From Phoronis australis (lineage: Eukaryota; Animalia; Phoronida), in contig NMRA01000580.1 in assembly GCA_002633005.1 (NCBI GenBank), forward strand, positions 124,001 through 188,000: a stretch of DNA of 64,000 nucleotides, read 5' to 3'. The notes below the pieces were generated by a model. The model saw nothing but the letters and a program-made list of their open reading frames with translations. It had not been told where the DNA came from and ran no database searches. Each line of letters begins with the position of its first letter. The stretch's first letter is position 1. Made by a program: the position numbers and the translations under genes. Positions 57,557 to 64,000 of this stretch are shown one piece after another.

Positions 57557-60500
57557 CAAACTTGACACATGACTTCCAGGGGCCACCCAGTTCATTGCCT
57601 ATACGATCAATGGTTTTGCACTGACATCAAACGTTTGATCTATCAGAAGAACTATCACTGCTTCAGTGAACATTAGACACTAATTTTAGAGTTACCTTTG
57701 CATAGTAGCTTGACGTGGATATAGACTGTTGTCAATACAAAAGGACACGGCTATATTTTTGTCTTACTCATTTACCGTGCAGCATATAAGTCTGACATTT
57801 TACTTTTTATATATGTAAACCAACATTCCTTGATCACTGTTTGCCTACATTTGACTCCAAAACTGTGATACAGTACCTGCTTTTTAATTGAAGTGCTCAT
57901 GTAACTTGGTTCATGTTGAGTCTATCAACCATAATCATATGCTTTTGTTGATCCACGTGGTTGTGCGAATTGACTATGTAATTAAAATAAATGTGTCCAT
58001 GAGTTCAAACATATTTCGATGAAATACATGTCATGCAGCAACTCTTGTTTGCATTTGAATTACAGCAGTGAAATGCATTTTATGTTATACAGGTTAAACT
58101 TCGGCAGTGAAAATCCATTTTGTTCGTTAATGTGATTATGTCATTGCTGTTAAAGCTGCTATAAACCTGCCTTCCTTCAATTAAACCAACTCTTGATTTT
58201 GACTATTTATTGTCTTGGCCCATTCCTTACACAAAATGACAAATGATTCCTGGAATTAGAAAGAACTGACAGTTCGTTATAGCTCAAACCTCAGTTTATC
58301 ATTTTGCCTTGAAACAGCTTGTCATTTTCTGTAGGTGAATTTGTTACAAGCCAAGAAGCCCATCCTCACCTGGGTAAAGAAACATACTGATAGGAGGTCT
58401 GATGCGAAAAATGGTATAAATTAAAAGTTACTTTATTGTTGATGGAATGTTGGTTTGTAGAAACATTTCCAGTTCTGTTTCATTGTCTTCATCCGATTTT
58501 AGTATGAAACTAAGAAATGGTATTGGGCATAAATTTTGTTTATTAGTACCACAAAGAAATCACATTTATCTGAGTGCTTAGTAGTAGACAAAACAAATAT
58601 GCATTAGACACATAAAATATGGTGCCTGAGTAAATAACATAATTTGTTTGACTGCATGCAAAGTATATAAAGCAGTACGATTTGTGACATAACCCTTGCA
58701 TTGCGAAAATATGTTGGGGTAGGCACCTTTTGTTGTAGTTGGTACCTTTGTCGAAAGCCAGCAAATTATTACAGTAGACTCTTGCCAGTTCCTCATTTAT
58801 GACGGAGAAACCAAAAATCCTGAATCATAAATGAAAATAAAATTTTCTTCATAGCCATGTACAGAGAAAAAAAATCTTCATTAACTAGTGTACTTCAAAA
58901 GCACCTTATAGGATGCAAACAGTTTGTCCCGTCAGCACGCCATCTTTTTGGTCACATCACGTGACCTAATGAATGTATGTCCGAAAAGATTTCTGCCCTA
59001 GACAGGGACGGGGGCAGAAATCTTTTTGGATTTTTGGATTGATATTCATTAGGTCTCGTGATGTGACCAAAAACATGGCGTGCTGACGGGACAAGCTGTT
59101 TGCGACATTTTTCCATGCCTTATTGAAAAAGATTTATTTATACATACCTTATAGAATGTACTATTGGCAATCCATTGTTATGGCAATTTTGGTATTTAAA
59201 CTTAAATTTCAGATAAACAATAAACAAAACTCAAATAAGGAATATGTTTTATTGTGTTTTGTTTAGTTTGACTAAAACCGGACCTTATCATGAACCTGCC
59301 AATAATCCATAGATAGTCTTTAATGAATATTCATGTCACAGGCGTACTGCCAGGGCCGTAATAATGTTTTCACTTCACAATTGCCAAGTAAAGGTTTAGT
59401 CCAGTTATCATTAATACCTAATAGCCTGGAAATAATTTGTTCACATTTTCTCAAAAGTAACTATTATGAGCATATTTTCAGATAATTTATTTATTTGCTA
59501 AATTGAGTTTTGGGTATTTATCTGAAACATTTATGTTGAGTGCCAGACCAAATCTCTGTAGCCAGAGCTTTGGAAGGAAAATGGTAAAATGTTATTACAA
59601 GTGTCATGTCAGCAGTGTTTTCTTTCACAGAGTCACATGTGTGCATAATGAGGGAGCTTAACAGGATTTCCAAAACTGTCTTTATAAAAAATACTCACAG
59701 GCATAAGCAAAATGCAGGTGACAGGTTGCTTCTTGTAGATCTTTTCAGTGTACTGGACATTCCTCAGCATCTGCCACAGGTACACCCTGATGACAATCAC
59801 AGCTGGTGATACCCACCACCCCAGTGAGTTTAGACACAGCAAGTTGAATACAATGCCCTCATCCTCAGACATACTTATGTGAAGCTGAAAAACTCAAACC
59901 ATATTAATTTAAAGTTGTAGTTTAAACATGACTTCAACATGAAGCGGAATGTTGTTTTCATAGCTGCAAACTGGTTGTTGTTCTTCAAAAAGCCAGTGGT
60001 CCATTATTAATGAAGTTTTAAGACAGTATAATTTTCAGCATTTTATGTGGCATATTTTAGTGATACAGAGCAAATGTATTTTATTACAGGTTTTCAGTTT
60101 TGTTACCTATAAAGCTTGTGTGATTACTGATCAAATAAAACAATAAGAATGACTTGATCACACAAAAGTTATGTAGAATCGGTTCTATTGCGTTAAGAAA
60201 CGAGAGTTCCAAGCATACCCGCATGTGAAGAGACCGAACATCAATTGCCACCTAAGCCTATTCCTCTGCACATGGCTCAGTACTCCAATCATGTTGTCTC
60301 TGTTGCTTGAGTATTGTTTTTGTTGGTGAAGTGGTGATGCACATTACGATGAACCTTTAAAAACATGGTAATCACATAAAATGCCAATCTGAGCAGTACA
60401 TAGATAACATTGATCAATACATTACATAGGATACACATTTTCGCAAAAGTGTGAGTGTACCTGAAATTGAAACTTCAGTGTTCTACCTGTTTCCAGACTA

Positions 60501-60960
60501 ATTAAGTTAAGTTCCTGAGTTAACTTGCCAATACCGATGCTAGAAGTCTGTAACAGCTGATATTCAAGGAGGATAGATGATTTTCGAAGCACACTTTAGG
60601 CCCTCTGCCATGTAATCTGATGGATTGTGTTCTTGAAAGAGTGAGTCTGCAAGGGCCTAGTCGCACACTCAAAGTCCAAGAAAGAGTACATTAGTTAAAA
60701 GCAAGCACTGTCATTAACCTTCCCCTGTCCCTAGCCCTTTATTTACGTAATCGAGACCATTGGTAATACAAAATGTAACCCGCTAGATCTTTATTAATGC
60801 TCCTACTGATCTGCCTTTGGCTTATACCCTTTTGCCTTTGAGGAAGTCCCATGCATAGTATATTGTCCTGTAATGATGAGACCATTCCCAGTGTCTTGCA
60901 ATTTGAGAACCAGATTTCTTCACTGAATAACCGGCATCAAATTTGTTGCATCCCATTCCC
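57557..60960 (-). pseudogene. Heavily decayed, intron-containing Kolobok-like DDE transposase
   Basis: Colinear fragments: GSQIARHW..W/TSS and INKDLAGYIL (~60960-60760), SKIIYP..YW (~60590-60525), VAIDVR (60251-60234), NAENYTV..IMDH..IPLHVEV (~60045-59930), EDEGI..L..L..LG/GITSCDCHQGV (~59870-59785), NWQES/NN..YVTN (~58790-58680), AFH (~58070), SHNHVDQQK (57968-57942), HVSSL (57571-57557). These follow the order of Kolobok motifs as I recall them (GDGR, SAKYCTY, TDRH, WxxSIxNH, HVxN, FH, HNxN, HxSRF). Confidence 0.55.
58915..59103. mobile_element. 189-bp palindromic foldback MITE nested in element B
   Basis: GCAAACAGTTTGTCCCGTCAGCACGCCAT...CCTAATGAAT pairs with ATTCATTAGG...ATGGCGTGCTGACGGGACAAGCTGTTTGC; inner stem AAAAGATTTCTGCCC/GGGCAGAAATCTTTT. 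Confidence 0.85.
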
Positions 60961-61099
60961 AATCATGGTTTTGTATGATCTCACTTTTCTCGCAACAAGC
61001 TTCAGCCTACCAGCACTTCCCAAGTTTGCTTGCATTCAATCCGAGGCTTCATCGCTGATCCAGTGGTTTGTGTTCAAGTGGACTAGCTAGCTGACTGGT

Positions 61100-61527
61100 C
61101 AGTGGTGGATTTAGAGGGTGGGCTATGGCCTCCCTAAAATTCTCCCAGCTCCCATTTGGCAGTTCGGGGGTGCAAATGTTTGGCGAACTAAATCCTGGCT
61201 AATACTCTGCCTTGTTCCCCCACCTCAAAATCCTGGATCTGCGCCAGGCGCGGATCCAGGATTTTGAGTTAGGGGGGCGAGTGCACAGGAATAACCAGAA
61301 TTTTTCGACATGCGCGCGCCCAGCCTGATGTAGGTATGCGGGGGTGTCGAATTTTTGGGTTTGTGGATATTATTACTAAAAAAAACCCATAAACGGTAAA
61401 CGGGGTTTGTTCAAATGGTATGTGCTAGTCAAAAAATCGCACCCCGAACTGCCAAATGGTATCCGGGAGAATTGTGGGGGGGCATGGCCCCCNNNCCCCC
61501 CCCCCCCCATCCTCCAATGTGCCCCTG
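61100..61527. mobile_element. Head-to-head composite of two related CAG..CTG MITEs
   Basis: 61100-61245 is a reverse copy of the 41050 family and 61245-61527 a longer forward relative; central palindrome CTCAAAATCCTGGATCTGCGCC-A-GGCGCGGATCCAGGATTTTGAG; outer flanks CTGGT/CTAGT. Confidence 0.7.
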
Positions 61528-61891
61528 CTAGTACACTATACAAGTAGAGTATAGAGTCCCTGGTGATAGACGATGCTTTTCTTATGGCAATGGAAAACGA
61601 CGAATAGTTTTGCAATTCAAGTCCAAAGTCTGAAAACTGCCAGCAGGTAGAAATTAAACTCACGACCATCGAGTGACAAACAGGGTCTATCCAACCACAA
61701 TAACATTACACTCTTTTTCAGTCACAGCATTGCTAGGCCTAGGGCTAGAGTAGGGCTAGCCTTGGTACAAATGTGTATACTAAATATACTACCCTGGCTG
61801 TGTGAATTTCGGGCTCTATTGAAGAAAAACACACGTACAGTGGTACCTAGCTGTATTTTGATACCGTTAGCTGGCTGGCTAGGGTACCACG

Positions 61892-62129
61892 CAGTGGCAG
61901 ATCTACGATTTCAGTAAGGGGGGTTTAGGATTCGAAAGAATCCGAGGCGCGTAGTGCCGAGGAGAAGGAAGGTCGCGAGAGGGTTTCCCTCCTCCCGTGT
62001 GAGATTTTTTGGGATTTTTAGTAGCTAATTTCGTTTTTCTGGCGATTTTTTTTTTCCAGTTTTTATTTTTGATCCTGTACCGAGGGGGGGGGGTTAAACC
62101 CCCTGAACCCCCCTGTAGATCCGCCTCTG
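61892..62129. mobile_element. 238-bp MITE with CAGTGGCAGATCTAC / GTAGATCCGCCTCTG termini
   Basis: Imperfect 15-bp TIR; flanks CCACG/CCACT (5-bp TSD, 1 mismatch). Confidence 0.7.
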
Positions 62130-62568
62130 CCACTGCAGACTCGACTCGAGCACAACGATTACTATCGAATTCAGTACGTAATTTTGCCACAGGCAATGGT
62201 TTCATATAATTCTAAGCGTAATAGTTAGACTGTTCAGCTCATACAGGGAGCAATATCGTCATCAAAATGTTCAAGAAACGAATAAATTACCTGGTTAAGG
62301 CGAACTTCTCTTCTTCGAAGCAGTACTGGAAACAGCTGACTTATTTGTCTCTAGTTGCCGAAAGGTCAAACCGCACAGCATTATGGGCAACATTCGTTTG
62401 TTTTGATCACGCAGATTTTAAGAAAATAAATAAAAAATATGTACAGGCAGCAGATCGACCCCATACTTACAAAAAGTTCTAATTAAGTGTCAGAGAGTAT
62501 GTTTCAATGGTTTTTATGCAGATTCACGATGTTTTTAAAACGTCTAAAAACGGATCATATGACTTTAA

Positions 62569-64000
62569 AGTCCTTCTCTCACGCGTTGTTAACCCTTATT
62601 ACATGGTTAGAAGATGTTATAAGGATCCAAGAAGTACCTACCCCATAACTAATACACGATCCGTACTCGAAAACAGTTTAAATGAACGCGCCACTCACGA
62701 TTTGCACCCGAAGAAACACCGCCATTTTGAACTTGCCGGGAACCCGGAAGTACAATTCATTCAGGAACCCAGGCCGAGAAAACGCCGTCAGTGCGACTGG
62801 AGCAGTGCCTGTACTGTTACCAGCCAGCAAACGGGGATAAAAAAATCGACAGCGCGCCTTAATTTTGATAAAATCAAATTACGGACAATTTTATGGAATT
62901 TGCTGAAGAAATGTGGGCGAATAAATTTTGACAGAAATTATTTTGCCAGACTCGGGACCGCAGCCTATCGGACCCGGTGCGGATCGAGACCAGACACTGG
63001 CGAACGGTAAATGCATGCGGTTGCAAGCTGTTTTGTCGAAGTAAAATGGTCAAATGATAAATGCTGCATATATTCAAGGATAGTTTCAGACACTTGCATG
63101 AAATTTCGGGCTGGTTACTCCTGTGTCACACTGCCGCGGCAGACCTTAATTAGCCTCAGTCACCAGCTACCAGTGAAGACTATAGTCAAAATACAGCTTG
63201 TTAGTAGGCCTATACAGCTTTGCGCCAAGACTACCCTAACTGGTCGCTGGCCACAAACACAAAAAAACATGAAAATTGAACAAAGTTTCTTTTTTGTAGC
63301 AACGTTTGTCCAAATGTATCAACGTTAAATCTTCACAAATTACAAAGTAGCCGATTGAACATGCCTTTCAGTTCAGCAAAAGCCGACATTGTAAGTGCCG
63401 CCAGAAATGAGACGAAGTCCAACGGGAATTGTGAGCACATTTATCACTTAATGAGTAACAACTGCGAGGCAGAAATTTGGTGAACATTGCTAAATCGTGC
63501 AGAATAGTAAGTAAAGATATGTCTAACTAAATTTGGCGAAAACAATTTACACAAAGTTTTAAACTCGTAACTCATCCCGCTGTCCTCCAATATGGCCGAC
63601 GCGATCCAAACAAAGTGACCCAAATTTCGCCACAAAACTTGCAATAACTTTACAGTGCTTACCCGGATTTTGATACTTTTTCGATTTTTACTGAGAAGAA
63701 TGTACTACCTTTTCGATGATAGAAAAGTACTTTTTCAAAACGAGGAAAAAATAAAACCGAAAAAAAATTGGTTCGACCCATATTGGTTCCTGGGTTCGAC
63801 CCGCCTACGTAAGGAACTAAACACCAATGCTATTTTAACATACTAAGTACGAGTAACATTCCAAAAAAAATCAACGACCACTAACTACAAACTATAAATA
63901 CACTACATATGCAAACGAATCACGATACTAATAAAACAAAATAATGAAGACTTTTCGAGCAAGCCATAGCACATTCAGTTACAAGGAAAAAATGGCGGCG
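62569..64000. mobile_element. Possible left part of a third Kolobok-type element (C), running off the window
   Basis: Starts AGTCCT directly after TTAA 62565-62568, the same first 6 nt as element B; CpG-rich promoter-like region (CGCCATTTTG, CCGGAAGT) and a GT donor at 63007. No partner TIR seen in the window. Confidence 0.35.

Larger units (their letters stand above)
52088..62564. mobile_element. Kolobok-type DNA transposon B (~10.5 kb, fossil autonomous element with nested insertions)
   Basis: TTAA|AGTCCTATGGTCCG ... CGGATCATATGACT|TTAA (12/14 TIR match; TTAA at 52084-52087 and 62565-62568); tail-to-tail kolX-like (+) and transposase-like (-) remnants inside. Ns at 55332 and ~61493 make continuity uncertain. 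Confidence 0.6.

Noticed and set aside
63444-63644. ORF with IASAILEDSGMSY resembling a transposase segment
   Set aside because: Isolated match overlapping a common GCCATATTGG motif; no colinear neighbouring motifs.

Overview
Eukaryotic (metazoan, AT-rich, intron-containing) genomic DNA; an invertebrate deuterostome origin is my inference and is not proven. Two intact protein-coding genes lie on the minus strand. The first is twist, a bHLH + WR-motif factor (2 coding exons, 15886->12471, 178 aa) with a TATA/Inr promoter near 16340-16372. The second is an SLC28/CNT concentrative nucleoside transporter (11 coding exons, 39315->28086, 678 aa, all GT-AG with consistent phases). The rest is non-coding DNA with many MITEs, minisatellites, a tRNA-derived SINE head and a Helentron-like repeat. 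The most striking structure is at 50487-64000: an apparent end-to-end chain of Kolobok-type DNA transposons sharing single TTAA tetranucleotides. Element A (1.6 kb) carries a decayed THAP domain. Element B (~10.5 kb) carries remnants of a transposase (-) and a kolX-like gene (+) tail-to-tail, plus a near-intact SGNH-hydrolase ORF and nested MITEs. A possible element C starts at 62569. Protein-family calls on decayed ORFs are by-eye motif matches and need HMM/tBLASTn confirmation. No CRISPR, rRNA or prokaryotic features are supported.
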